A stretch of 64,000 nucleotides of DNA from Patescibacteria group bacterium (GCA_041747555.1 JBGTEY010000013.1:208814-272813); one strand, 5' to 3'; counted from the first letter of the stretch, positions 50,653 to 60,509 are shown. The notes: generated from the letters alone by a model not told the origin. Translations and numbers: made by a program.

Positions 50653-51402
50653 ATGCAAAAAAGCACGATCGCCAGGCTAAATCAGCTCAATCATGATTTT
50701 TACAATCAAACTGCTTCGTACTTTGCCCGGAGTCGCGAGTTTTATTGGCAGGGGTGGTTACGGCTAGAACCATATTTCAGGAGACATGAAAACCTCTCTG
50801 TTTTAGACGTTGGCTGTGGAAGCGGCCGATTCGCCGAGTTTCTCTATGATGCATTTCCAAAAGCTCAGATCGAGTATCACGGCATCGACCAAAATGCCGA
50901 ACTCCTCAAAATAGCCACCGAAAAACTCAAGCCACTCCAAGGATTGCACGGTACGGTTACTCAAATTGATCTGGTTTCTCAACTCATTGATGAAAAACCA
51001 CTGTTACCTCAAGGCCAATACGACATAATCGTACTGATGGGCGTTTTGCACCACATGCCCTCAGAAAAATTACGTAGATCTCTCATAGAAAGTGTCATTC
51101 CACGCCTTGCACCGCAAGGATTTTTATTCATGAGTTTTTGGCAACCTCACCGATTTAGCCGATATACATCAAAACTGATTTCACCAGAATCGTTGCAGAT
51201 AAATCCCAACGAACTTGAACCTGGCGATTGTTTTTTGCCCTGGGACAGGGGAGAGCATGCAGTTCGCTACGTACATAGCTCAAGTGACGCTGAGATCACA
51301 ACTCTTACCAAGGACCTCAACCTAACACTCAAAGCAGAGTTCAGGGCAGACGGTAGAAGCCAGCGAGAAAATCAATATATTTTGCTCCAAAACAAGGTCT
51401 GA
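50653..51402 (+). CDS. Class I SAM methyltransferase, Trm9/ALKBH8-like
   Basis: FYNQTASYFARSR...W, VLDVGCGSGR, VLHHMPS...R, SFW, DCFLPW, RYVH. Confidence 0.75.
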   Translation: MQKSTIARLNQLNHDFYNQTASYFARSREFYWQGWLRLEPYFRRHENLSVLDVGCGSGRFAEFLYDAFPKAQIEYHGIDQNAELLKIATEKLKPLQGLHGTVTQIDLVSQLIDEKPLLPQGQYDIIVLMGVLHHMPSEKLRRSLIESVIPRLAPQGFLFMSFWQPHRFSRYTSKLISPESLQINPNELEPGDCFLPWDRGEHAVRYVHSSSDAEITTLTKDLNLTLKAEFRADGRSQRENQYILLQNKV

Positions 51403-51434
51403 AAGAGTAGCAAAAAGGAAGTATAATCTCTATT

Positions 51435-51962
51435 ATGCGTCAATATGTATCCATGCTCCTTGTAATAGTTGCAGTACTTGGCCTCGCTGATGCGAGCTAT
51501 CTGACCTACGAGAAGTTCGCTGGAGTTATTCCAGCATGTGGCGATGGTTTTGATTGCGGCACCGTTGTGAATAGTCAGTATGGTTCCGTCGGACCAATCC
51601 CACTTTCAGTCCTTGGCATGTTCTACTACGCCAGCGTCTTGGCAGTTGCGGTGATGTTCATGACAGAGGTAAGTCCCTGGTCAGTTCTTTCAAAAGTATC
51701 GTTTATCAAATCACTTTCAAAATCACATCAAAAAATACTCAAGGAGCTTCAAATTGAAGATCTTTTGGTGGCTCTCACCTCTATTGGGATGGTCGTTTCA
51801 GCAATTCTCATTGGTTTAATGGCGTTTGTCATTGAATCTTGGTGCTCATTTTGCTTACTCTCAGCAGCAAGTAGCACCACATTATTTTTGATCAGTCTTT
51901 ACGCACTGCACAAAAATCGTGAAAACTCACTTTTCTTCAATTTTTTAGATCGTGGAAACTAA
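51435..51962 (+). CDS. Vitamin K epoxide reductase (VKOR) family protein
   Basis: C-x5-C..V..S.Y, GPIPLSVLG, WCSFC active-site CxxC. Confidence 0.92.
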   Translation: MRQYVSMLLVIVAVLGLADASYLTYEKFAGVIPACGDGFDCGTVVNSQYGSVGPIPLSVLGMFYYASVLAVAVMFMTEVSPWSVLSKVSFIKSLSKSHQKILKELQIEDLLVALTSIGMVVSAILIGLMAFVIESWCSFCLLSAASSTTLFLISLYALHKNRENSLFFNFLDRGN

Positions 51963-52492
51963 ATTATCCATCGCTCAATTGCGGCACCGATTGAGTATGC
52001 AGCAACGGCTGCAATCGCTCCAATCCCAAGCATTTCAATCCCATTTTTCCACCAAGTTCCAGCGGTCAGGATTGTTCTCAAGCTACCAATAACAAACATT
52101 GCAAAACCTGTCGCAATGATTGAAGCCAAAAATTGTGATGATTGTGCTATTGGTGCACCAAATGCAGACGCCAGGTAAGGGAGTAGCGGCAGCGTGCCTG
52201 AAATCACAAACGCAATAAATGTAATCAATCCCGTCCTCCACAATCCGTCTAATTGAGAAGATTTTTCCTGCTGTCTTCGAAATCGCTGCTCAGATCGCTC
52301 ACCAAGAAAATCACCAACACCCATGCTGATGCCGTCCGCAATCATATTTGCTATACCCAGGATCAGAACGATTGAAGGGGATAATCCTGCTCCTGCTACC
52401 CCAGCCACGACCGCAAAGGTTGTGATGATACCATCATTTGCACCGTACACCGCGGCTTTCAGAAATTTAGGATTAATCGTTTTGAGATTCAT
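51959..52492 (-). CDS. VIT1/CCC1 family Fe/Mn transporter
   Basis: VYGANDGIITTFAVVAGVAG, ANMIADGISMG, PLLPY. Confidence 0.93.
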   Translation of the reverse strand: MNLKTINPKFLKAAVYGANDGIITTFAVVAGVAGAGLSPSIVLILGIANMIADGISMGVGDFLGERSEQRFRRQQEKSSQLDGLWRTGLITFIAFVISGTLPLLPYLASAFGAPIAQSSQFLASIIATGFAMFVIGSLRTILTAGTWWKNGIEMLGIGAIAAVAAYSIGAAIERWII

Positions 52493-52518
52493 TCCTCCAT
52501 GCTACCATAGTTTCAGAC

Positions 52519-53106
52519 ATGAAAAAGTTTGTAATTATTGTAGTAATCTTGGCGGTTGGGGTGTTTGCGTATGATTCATTCTCCACAACATCGAGGCCGA
52601 AAAACAATTCTCCAGCGCCATTCGCTACCACTCCGCCCGCGGACTCACCCACGGAAGAGAATTTCTTGCCAGTAAGCACCGAATCTATCGACCTATCTCC
52701 TCAATCAGAATCAGGTACAGCCTCATTCGCAATTTACACCAATAACACCTTTCGAATTTTTACTGCTGAGATGTACCATTTTCAGTCATCAGATGTCTTT
52801 ATTTCACCAGATAATCCAAATCTGGTACACTTTACACGCACAGTTTCTTGGGAAGAATTTTTCGAGACACTTCCATTTTCTGTCTCGCAAACTTGCCTCA
52901 TTACCGGCACCAAACAAGAATTTTGCAACACAGATACATCAAAATTATTTTTCTACATAAACGGCAAAGAAACTCCCAATGCCTTGAGTCAAACCATCAA
53001 TCCACAGGACTCACTCCTCATCACCTACGGCAACTCAGAGCGAATAGATTTAGACCTCCAGCTCACCCGTTCATCGTTTTTAAACACATCGCAACCAGAC
53101 AATTGA
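52519..53106 (+). CDS. Hypothetical exported protein
   Basis: N-terminal signal/TM, P/S/T linker, C...C and YING...D.LLITYG. Confidence 0.75.
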   Translation: MKKFVIIVVILAVGVFAYDSFSTTSRPKNNSPAPFATTPPADSPTEENFLPVSTESIDLSPQSESGTASFAIYTNNTFRIFTAEMYHFQSSDVFISPDNPNLVHFTRTVSWEEFFETLPFSVSQTCLITGTKQEFCNTDTSKLFFYINGKETPNALSQTINPQDSLLITYGNSERIDLDLQLTRSSFLNTSQPDN

Positions 53107-53184
53107 GGCATTGCTCTTGGTTTGATACAATAGGCTACTCAATCTGTGTAAAAATGATCTGAAAAAATACAGACTGAAACCAGT

Positions 53185-53255
53185 TGCCCGATCGTCTAAT
53201 GGCAGGACAGCGGCCTTTGAAGCCGTCAATCTTGGTTCGAATCCAAGTCGGGCAT
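53185..53255 (+). tRNA. tRNA-Gln(UUG)
   Basis: TGCCCGA/TCGGGCA acceptor, anticodon loop CTTTGAA, GGTTCGAATCC. Confidence 0.95.
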
Positions 53256-53351
53256 CAGTAAAAATAGTATATTGCATCAATCTTTTTTTCATACTTTTTT
53301 CACAATTAATACCCCCCCCTGGATGCAGCTCAGACTTGCTATAATACAATT

Positions 53352-53768
53352 ATGAATGTAAAAAACGAAAAGATTCTTTTTATTTGCAGGGGCAATGTTG
53401 GTCGAAGTCAAATGGCTGAAGGCTTCTGGAAGCAGTGGTTTGGGGAAGACACAGCAACTAGTGCTGGCACTGAAGATGTTGGCGCAGATTATAATTTTCA
53501 TCCCAGAGAAGATATTGTTCTAGCAATGAAAGAAAAGGGGATTGATATTTCTACCCAAAAAATAAAACTGTTAGCTAAAGACATGCTTCAAGATATAGCT
53601 ACAGTTGTTGTTTTCTGTGAAAAGCAGTTACTCCCTGATTTTCTACTTTCTAGCGAAATAAATATTGTTTACAGGCCAGTTCCAGATCCATATGAAAGTA
53701 ATATGGATGGCGTTAGACAAATAAGAGATGAAATTGAGTCACAATTGCTTGAGCTTGAAAAGTTGTAA
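53352..53768 (+). CDS. Low-molecular-weight phosphatase / ArsC family protein
   Basis: ILFICRGNVGRSQMAE P-loop, SAGT, PDPY. Confidence 0.9.
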   Translation: MNVKNEKILFICRGNVGRSQMAEGFWKQWFGEDTATSAGTEDVGADYNFHPREDIVLAMKEKGIDISTQKIKLLAKDMLQDIATVVVFCEKQLLPDFLLSSEINIVYRPVPDPYESNMDGVRQIRDEIESQLLELEKL

Positions 53769-53880
53769 GGTCTCACAAGGTGAAACCGCCCCATCACTCA
53801 TTTAACTACAGAGATTTTGTTTCTAACTCTATTCTTATTACTCAATTCAGTAAATCTGTCGACCTGCTATAATTTGATCA

Positions 53881-54756
53881 ATGACAATTCCCAAAAAAAC
53901 CCTAAAAAACGGATTCTCAATACCAATTTTCGGCCTTGGCACCTGGGGAATGGGTGGATTGAGACACAGAGACGAACAAAATGATGATTCAGCCGATGTT
54001 GAGGCTATCAAAACTGCAATCAAAGCTGGCATCACACACATCGACACAGCAGAGTCATATGCCGATGGTCATTCTGAGATACTAATCAATCAAGCTATCT
54101 CAGATTTTGATCGGTCCACACTTTTTATGGTTTCCAAAGTATCACCTTATAATCAAGGCTTTTCTCAACTTAAAAAATCCTTGAAAGGCTCACTTTCTAG
54201 AATGGGCTTAGACTATTTGCATCTGTATTTACTACATCAACCGAGTGAAGATTTTTCTATTGAAGAAACAATGAGAGCAATGGATGAACTTAAGGATGAA
54301 GGATTGATTAGAAATATTGGTGTAAGCAATTTCACGGTTAATCAAATGAAAAAAGCTCAAAAAGCAACCAAGCATACGATTGTAGTTAATCAGGTTCATT
54401 ACAATCTGATGGTTCGAGAGGTTGAGGATAAAGGAATTTTAAAGTACTGCCAGCAAAACGATGTTATTCTAATGAGCTGGAGACCTCTGCAAATGGGGGA
54501 GATACTCACTTTGGGTGATTCTATTCTTAAAAAAATGGCACAAAAGTACAAAAAAACACCCGCCCAAATTGCACTTAATTGGCTTACTTCTCAAAAAAAT
54601 GTGGTGGTGATTTCAAAAATGAGAAATCCAGACCATTTAGAAGAAAATTTGAATTCAGTGGGGTGGGAAATGGAAGAAGAGGATATAGACTATTTGAGAA
54701 AAGAATTCCCCAAACAAGTGAAAGTGTCGGAAGTTATACCGTTGAAAGAATGGTAG
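53881..54756 (+). CDS. Aldo/keto reductase
   Basis: GLGTW, IDTAESY, SK, YLLH, IGVSNF, NQVHYNL, AQIALNW. Confidence 0.94.
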   Translation: MTIPKKTLKNGFSIPIFGLGTWGMGGLRHRDEQNDDSADVEAIKTAIKAGITHIDTAESYADGHSEILINQAISDFDRSTLFMVSKVSPYNQGFSQLKKSLKGSLSRMGLDYLHLYLLHQPSEDFSIEETMRAMDELKDEGLIRNIGVSNFTVNQMKKAQKATKHTIVVNQVHYNLMVREVEDKGILKYCQQNDVILMSWRPLQMGEILTLGDSILKKMAQKYKKTPAQIALNWLTSQKNVVVISKMRNPDHLEENLNSVGWEMEEEDIDYLRKEFPKQVKVSEVIPLKEW

Positions 54757-54758
54757 TG

Positions 54759-55295
54759 ATGACAAACAAACTAAACTCTTCCCTCGACGTTGCTGTAGTT
54801 TTCTTTCTCATTTGCGGAGGTGCATATTTTCTATACTATATATTAAAAACAAACAACGGCACTTATTTACTCCTAACTTTTTTAGTCTACATACTCAGTT
54901 TTTTAGTAAGAAAATTTATTACTAAAAATAAAAACAAACAAAAATTTAGCGAACTAGGAATCTGCTTTATTTCACTGCTCTTTACAGCTTATACAGTATA
55001 TTTCACTGGCTTTGACAATAATATAGCTACTTATCTCCCAGAAAATATTCTGGCTGGATCGGGGGTAGCATTCATATTTTTATTTTTAGTACAATTGCTG
55101 CGTCCAAAAAAGAATTCAATACATGTAGCACCCATACTTATTCTTTTTGCAGTACTTATTTTTTTTAAGGGAGTAATAGATTCACTATTCATTACTTACC
55201 CATACCTAAGCACACTTATTATTGGAGCACCGTATCTTTACATTATTTCGATCTTGGTTGGGTATCCAGAGCATGAAAAATCCTTAGCGGCATAG
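54759..55295 (+). CDS. Hypothetical multi-pass membrane protein
   Basis: About 6 hydrophobic segments; ATG 54759 directly after the AKR stop. Confidence 0.7.
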   Translation: MTNKLNSSLDVAVVFFLICGGAYFLYYILKTNNGTYLLLTFLVYILSFLVRKFITKNKNKQKFSELGICFISLLFTAYTVYFTGFDNNIATYLPENILAGSGVAFIFLFLVQLLRPKKNSIHVAPILILFAVLIFFKGVIDSLFITYPYLSTLIIGAPYLYIISILVGYPEHEKSLAA

Positions 55296-55362
55296 TGCAA
55301 CACATTGTCGCATCTGCAACTGCATTACTATTGGTGAAAATTCCTTATTCATATGTGAAGAA

Positions 55363-56067
55363 TTATATAGCATTCTTCGACGACCGACTCCGCTTCAAAT
55401 AGGGCTTCAACTCCCGCCACCCTTGTTGTTTGCTACTGTCGATGAGCAAATGTGCCGCACCACCAAGTACTTGCAACGTTGCACTAATTTGATTGGTGAT
55501 TTCTGGACCAGGATTTTCCTCTACAAGAAGCCGCTCCATGATCTTTTTTGGCGTAAATTTAGATATTAGCCGAACCTCTTGTGGATCAATCGAAATACTT
55601 GTCAACGTATCCAATTCACCAGCGCTCATTTCGTTTGATGAAAGTAAATCTGGTAATTGGTGCTTTTCTGGGTGGGTAATATGTTGAATTAATCCAAGTT
55701 GAAGTACGGCCTTTTGGAATGGGACTGTTTCTGGGGGAGTGTAGTAGCGAATGCTTGATAAGCGAGTTGCACTATAGTCATCAGGATCAACTAGAACTCC
55801 AATTAAATTTGTAACTGACGGCCTCAGCGATCTGTCTGCTAGCATAAACTCAGGATCAACAAAATAGAGCTCAAACGCATAACCCCCACCATCTTTAGGC
55901 ACTTTCTCAATGAAAAAAGAGTGGGGATGACTCAACTTTTTTCGCTTTTCTAGATCTGGTTCACCATTTGGTTTTACGTACGTTTGACCAGCTTGATGGA
56001 TATAATAGTAGCTAGTTTCTTCCCGCTTAGAAAAAAAGACTCTAGCGCGGTACCGATCGTTTTCCAC
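55363..56067 (-). CDS. Hypothetical protein (possibly the C-terminal part of a frameshifted gene)
   Basis: GTG-start ORF overlapping the upstream ORF by 94 nt. Confidence 0.55.
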   Translation of the reverse strand: MENDRYRARVFFSKREETSYYYIHQAGQTYVKPNGEPDLEKRKKLSHPHSFFIEKVPKDGGGYAFELYFVDPEFMLADRSLRPSVTNLIGVLVDPDDYSATRLSSIRYYTPPETVPFQKAVLQLGLIQHITHPEKHQLPDLLSSNEMSAGELDTLTSISIDPQEVRLISKFTPKKIMERLLVEENPGPEITNQISATLQVLGGAAHLLIDSSKQQGWRELKPYLKRSRSSKNAI

Positions 56068-56534
56068 GCATATTCAGGGAAAAGCAATGAAAGAATTTCG
56101 TGTTTGTTTTTTAATTGGCTGATTTCTGCAGAAACGGTCTGCCGTTTAATAGGGAGAAGGGGAGCAATATTGTCAATTAAATTCAACAACTGTCCTATCG
56201 TCCGATTGGCTTTTAACTTCCATTGTGCGAGAAAATTAATTTCTCCGTATTCCTCAATAAGCCACTCTAAATCTTCTATTTTAGTTGGGTCAATTTCTCT
56301 CAAAACTTCATCAGGTGTAGTTGATTGAATGCGCTCACTTGCTACCTCTAACTTCACATTATGCGCAAGATTATAAAATTGACTGAGAAATGATTGAAAT
56401 CCAAGAGCTTCTATACCTGCATCAGGCCCCAACTCCTGACCTTGCTTAAAAGCATCTTCTGCCCACTCCATTGAGTCTGACTGAGCGTCTACGCTATAAT
56501 CTGATGATTCATGTTGTGCAGCTTGTGCAACCAT
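55974..56534 (-). CDS. Hypothetical protein (possibly the N-terminal part of a frameshifted gene)
   Basis: ATG 56534 lies 6 nt after TATACT. Confidence 0.6.
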   Translation of the reverse strand: MVAQAAQHESSDYSVDAQSDSMEWAEDAFKQGQELGPDAGIEALGFQSFLSQFYNLAHNVKLEVASERIQSTTPDEVLREIDPTKIEDLEWLIEEYGEINFLAQWKLKANRTIGQLLNLIDNIAPLLPIKRQTVSAEISQLKNKHEILSLLFPEYAWKTIGTALESFFLSGKKLATIISIKLVKRT

Positions 56535-56737
56535 GCCAATAGTATAGACTATTTTCTTGGTATTTTTCTGGTGTTTCAACCTTTATTAAAAATATCCTTA
56601 AGGTAATTTTTGGGGAAATACGCGTGCAGTTAAGTATTACAAAAATAATGATTTTTATGAGATGGGAATAGAATTAGAGAAAGATTTATAAGTTAATCTT
56701 TGCTATAATCCTATCAATACAACTTTCCAAAGGTACT

Positions 56738-57460
56738 ATGTTCACTACACACTCTTCACAAGGATTCGGCACAATCGCCATCGTACTTGTTGTAACTGCA
56801 CTCCTCGTGCTTGGTGGGGGAGCATATTATTTTATGGAACAAGAACAGTCTGGGACGACTGAAGTACTACCTCAAATCGATACTACTCCGGGGGCAAACT
56901 CAGAAATGGATTCAAATTCTGCAACCGGCACATCACCTGAAAATTTAGCAGCACTCTTTGCAACAACTGATTCCGTAACATGTACATACGCCGATACAAT
57001 TGATGGTCAACAAAGCACCGGTGAAGTGTACATTTCTGGGGAAAACATGAGAGGTACATTCACTATAGACATTGATTCAGAAACCACCACCAACCACATC
57101 ATAAGAAATGGAAATACCGGATACGTATGGACGTCAGACTCTAGTGACGGATTCATGATGGAAATCCAAGATCCAGAAGAGTTACTGGAGGCCTACACCA
57201 AAAACACAGAATCCTCAACTGGTTCAGACACTCCAGGAGAATCCACTGCCGATATCACCTGTGAAGCCTGGGATGAAGATCCACGCATGTTTGTCCCTCC
57301 TACTAACGTCAACTTTGTTTCAGTCACCCAACAGATGGAGCAGTTGCAAACGATTACTGGCGAAGCAGAAGATGGGTCAAATCAAGACCTCTGCCAGAGC
57401 TGCGCACAAATCCCCGATGCAGCCGCCCAAGCTCAATGTCGTCAAGCACTTGGATGTTAA
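56738..57460 (+). CDS. Exported protein with prepilin-like (class III) signal peptide
   Basis: MFTTHSSQ-G|F-GTIAIVLVVTALLVLGGG; Cys pairs; F.PP.NV.F. Confidence 0.65.
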   Translation: MFTTHSSQGFGTIAIVLVVTALLVLGGGAYYFMEQEQSGTTEVLPQIDTTPGANSEMDSNSATGTSPENLAALFATTDSVTCTYADTIDGQQSTGEVYISGENMRGTFTIDIDSETTTNHIIRNGNTGYVWTSDSSDGFMMEIQDPEELLEAYTKNTESSTGSDTPGESTADITCEAWDEDPRMFVPPTNVNFVSVTQQMEQLQTITGEAEDGSNQDLCQSCAQIPDAAAQAQCRQALGC

Positions 57461-57525
57461 CTATCAATAGCACTGAATAAATTGTGTGTGAGGTCATTTA
57501 GGATAAAATTTGTTACACTTCTAGT

Positions 57526-57765
57526 ATGGCTGAACAACTTATCGTGAACGCAACACTAACTTGTCCAACGTGCAATACCGAACAACCCGTGGTGATGCCT
57601 GTAGATGGCTTCCAGCATTTTTATAAGTGTGTAAATTGTGAAGATGAGTTGACACCACTAGAAGAAAAAGATTGTGTTTTTTGCTCGTATGCGGACTCGC
57701 CGTGCCCCATGAAACAGCAGGGGATTACACCTGCAACAGAGTCAACAACACCTACTGCACTGTGA
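57526..57765 (+). CDS. GDCCVxC-domain-like small Cys-rich protein
   Basis: LTCPTC...MP.D....FYKCVNC...L.P...DCVFCSYAD.PCP. Confidence 0.8.
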   Translation: MAEQLIVNATLTCPTCNTEQPVVMPVDGFQHFYKCVNCEDELTPLEEKDCVFCSYADSPCPMKQQGITPATESTTPTAL

Positions 57766-59005
57766 TTTTATAGAGAGCATCATCTCCAGGGCGGGGCGTG
57801 GCTCGGCCGTCTCTGTTACTAGTCGTTATGTATATTGCTCCATCTGGTCCCTGCATGACTTCACGAACCCTTCCCACATCAACTTGGGGTATTTTTTCTG
57901 ACAAAAGTACTTGCGATGGATCTGATTCGTCAAAAATCGCCCGATACACACCTTCGCCCTTAAGTCCCGCAAAAAAGAAGTTGTTGGTAAGCTGCGGTGC
58001 TCCAGTTCCATCGTGGAACATTGCAGAACCAGGGGCAACAGCGGGTGTGAAAACTAATAAGGGATCAACAAATTCTGGGTCAGTTTCTTGATGCGACACC
58101 CTCGGCCATCCATAATTTTCACCTGCCGCAATTAGATTAACTTCATCCCCACCCGGTGGACCGTCAAAATTACTTGGGCCATGCTCGGTGCTGTATAATC
58201 GGCCAGTTACTGGGTGCCAAGCAATGCCTTGAGGATTTCGGTGACCTAGTGAAAAGATAGGAGAATTTGGAAAGGGATTGTCATCAGGCACACTTCCATC
58301 AGCATTGATTCTTAGTATCTTTCCGCCCAGTGAATCCCTATCCTGTGCAATAGTTCTATCAGTGGCGTCACCCGTTGTGATATAGAGCATGCCGTCAGGC
58401 CCAAAACCAAGTTCACAACCCGCGTGAAACCTCGCAGCAGGAATATCGTCGATAATTGTTTGATCTCTTTCTAGTCGATCCCCTTGATCGGTGAGGCGAA
58501 TAACAGCATCAACAAGTCCATCATCTTTTGGATATGCAAAACACACATACACATACTTATTTTCTTCGTAATTTGGATCAAGTGTCATACCCATCAAACC
58601 TTCTTCTGCGACTGATGACACCTCATCAAATCTGATGAGTGGTTGTTCTTGAAGTGCGCCATCTTGAACAACGCGCACTGCACCTTCGCGCTCAGTGATG
58701 AGTATTCGATTTGGATCAGTAAATACGACACTCCAGGGCACCGATAGTCCTTGAACGATTGACTCGACTTGTATAGATAGATCTTCTGCTGGAACGATCT
58801 TGATAGCATCACCAGTTGCAGGTTCATTGCCTTGCGACCCATTTTGAACCATATCAGACCGCACAAAACCCATTTGACCAGTGGTGTCTGACTGCAAATA
58901 TTTCAGCCATGAATGAAGAACATCCTGATTGAGATACGCAAATACTACAGTGCCAAGCGAACCAATTCCAAGAACAATCAAAACTATTTTGGCAATTTTA
59001 TTCAT
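57752..59005 (-). CDS. PQQ-dependent sugar dehydrogenase (GSDH family), membrane-anchored
   Basis: GLSVPW, TEREG, EGLMG, H.G..L.FGPDGMLYITTGD, GKILRI, GHRNPQG, EHGP, DEVN, NYGWP. Confidence 0.93.
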   Translation of the reverse strand: MNKIAKIVLIVLGIGSLGTVVFAYLNQDVLHSWLKYLQSDTTGQMGFVRSDMVQNGSQGNEPATGDAIKIVPAEDLSIQVESIVQGLSVPWSVVFTDPNRILITEREGAVRVVQDGALQEQPLIRFDEVSSVAEEGLMGMTLDPNYEENKYVYVCFAYPKDDGLVDAVIRLTDQGDRLERDQTIIDDIPAARFHAGCELGFGPDGMLYITTGDATDRTIAQDRDSLGGKILRINADGSVPDDNPFPNSPIFSLGHRNPQGIAWHPVTGRLYSTEHGPSNFDGPPGGDEVNLIAAGENYGWPRVSHQETDPEFVDPLLVFTPAVAPGSAMFHDGTGAPQLTNNFFFAGLKGEGVYRAIFDESDPSQVLLSEKIPQVDVGRVREVMQGPDGAIYITTSNRDGRATPRPGDDALYKITVQ

Positions 59006-59111
59006 AATTTATTATCACTATATCAAGTATCAGTATACATACTATCTACTGTATGCGCAAAACCTTACAAACAACTAACAATCGCCCTCCAAAAACTTGT
59101 ATACTGAGTAT

Positions 59112-59846
59112 ATGCAGAACGATCAATGTTTATTTAGTCCCTGGGAGTGTCAATCGACGCTTACTGTTTTTATCGAGAGATATTGGGTTTCATTAGCGCT
59201 CCTCATCTTTTTTTCACTTTTAGCATCACTTCTACTGCTTACGATAATCAACGCCAGCACGCTGATTGGACAAAAAAAGACTGTGAAGAAAAAACCGCTA
59301 TTTCGCGCCAAACCGGTCGCAAGTCAAATCGCCATCGGCCTGACCAGCTTTCTTTTTTTCATGCTCAGCCCCTTAGTGGTTGTTCAAACTCATTATGGCG
59401 GATTTGGCATCCAACTTACCGATCCGTTTTTGCACTGCGTTATACTTGATGCGCCAAATGAATGCTATGTCGAGGCCGCCAAAAGCGCGGTCGCAGGGAA
59501 TACCGCAGCCGACATATCATTTCGAAACGCCCACAGTATTTGTACAATTACTCTCTCTCCAGAAAAATGCAAAGTCTCTGTTTGCCAATCCATATCATCA
59601 GGGGGCGCTACAACCACCGACGCTGCCAAAGCGCTTCAAGAAAGCTGCCTCAATACCATCAGTCCAACCTGTCCAGACGGAAATATCCTGGACTCCATAC
59701 CGTGCAGTTGCTATTTACCAGAAGAAGAGCGGGTCGCAGTCTACACCACCTCATGGCACGATGAATACTGGAATAAGTACAGAAAAATGGATCAACCGCC
59801 GTATTGCTGTGATGGCATCAGAAGCAGTTTCGTGTGTGGAAACTAA
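59112..59846 (+). CDS. Hypothetical Cys-rich membrane protein
   Basis: Two TM segments followed by a domain with about 12 Cys; ATG 59112 lies 6 nt after TATACT. Confidence 0.7.
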   Translation: MQNDQCLFSPWECQSTLTVFIERYWVSLALLIFFSLLASLLLLTIINASTLIGQKKTVKKKPLFRAKPVASQIAIGLTSFLFFMLSPLVVVQTHYGGFGIQLTDPFLHCVILDAPNECYVEAAKSAVAGNTAADISFRNAHSICTITLSPEKCKVSVCQSISSGGATTTDAAKALQESCLNTISPTCPDGNILDSIPCSCYLPEEERVAVYTTSWHDEYWNKYRKMDQPPYCCDGIRSSFVCGN

Positions 59847-60367
59847 AAATTACCAGGCAAAACAGTCAGTACTTTGACTGATATGTCCCTACTGCCAACC
59901 CGATAGCTCACCGTCTCACCAGCCTTTTTCCCCAAAACTGATTTTCCAAGTGGACTGACTACAGATATCATGTCCTGTCGCGTTGCTGAATCTTCTGGCC
60001 CCAAAATAGTATACGTCTCTGGATCATCTTCTCCATCAAAGAGTACCTCAATGGTATTTCCAATTCCAACTTGTGCTGTTTCTTGCCTTGGTTCAATTAT
60101 TTCTGCGGCACTCAACACCTCTCGAATTCGCTCAACTTGGGTTTGAAGCACTCCAGAAGCTCTAACCGCTTCGTCATAAGCAGCATTGTCATGCCAGTCA
60201 GATGCCGATCCTGCTTCACCTTGTGATATCATGGTTTCGCTTAATTTGCTCAGTAGCTGATCAAGCTCTTCTTGCAATCGCTCATAAGTACTATTGGACA
60301 TTGGAATAGTTTTTTTCTCTGTAGCTATGCGTTCGCCTACAACAGTGTTTTCAAGTGATAAAATCAT
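59843..60367 (-). CDS. GreA/GreB family paralog
   Basis: DWHDNAAYD tip, VGIGNTIEV, ISVVSPLGKSVLGKKAGE. Confidence 0.88.
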   Translation of the reverse strand: MILSLENTVVGERIATEKKTIPMSNSTYERLQEELDQLLSKLSETMISQGEAGSASDWHDNAAYDEAVRASGVLQTQVERIREVLSAAEIIEPRQETAQVGIGNTIEVLFDGEDDPETYTILGPEDSATRQDMISVVSPLGKSVLGKKAGETVSYRVGSRDISVKVLTVLPGNF

Positions 60368-60509
60368 ACGTTGTTAAAAAATATTTAATACTGGCTAGTA
60401 GTATAACTGAAAAATTCAATTACTGAAAATCAAGATACCTGACTCTAAAAAGTGATAGGCATTTCACTGCATTGAGATTTATATGCTATTTCTCCAAAAA
60501 GTATAATTC

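Noticed and set aside
59147-59877. Three same-strand overlapping ORFs suggesting overprinting
   Set aside because: Only 59112-59846 has a promoter-linked start and coherent TM/Cys architecture; the others have no motifs.
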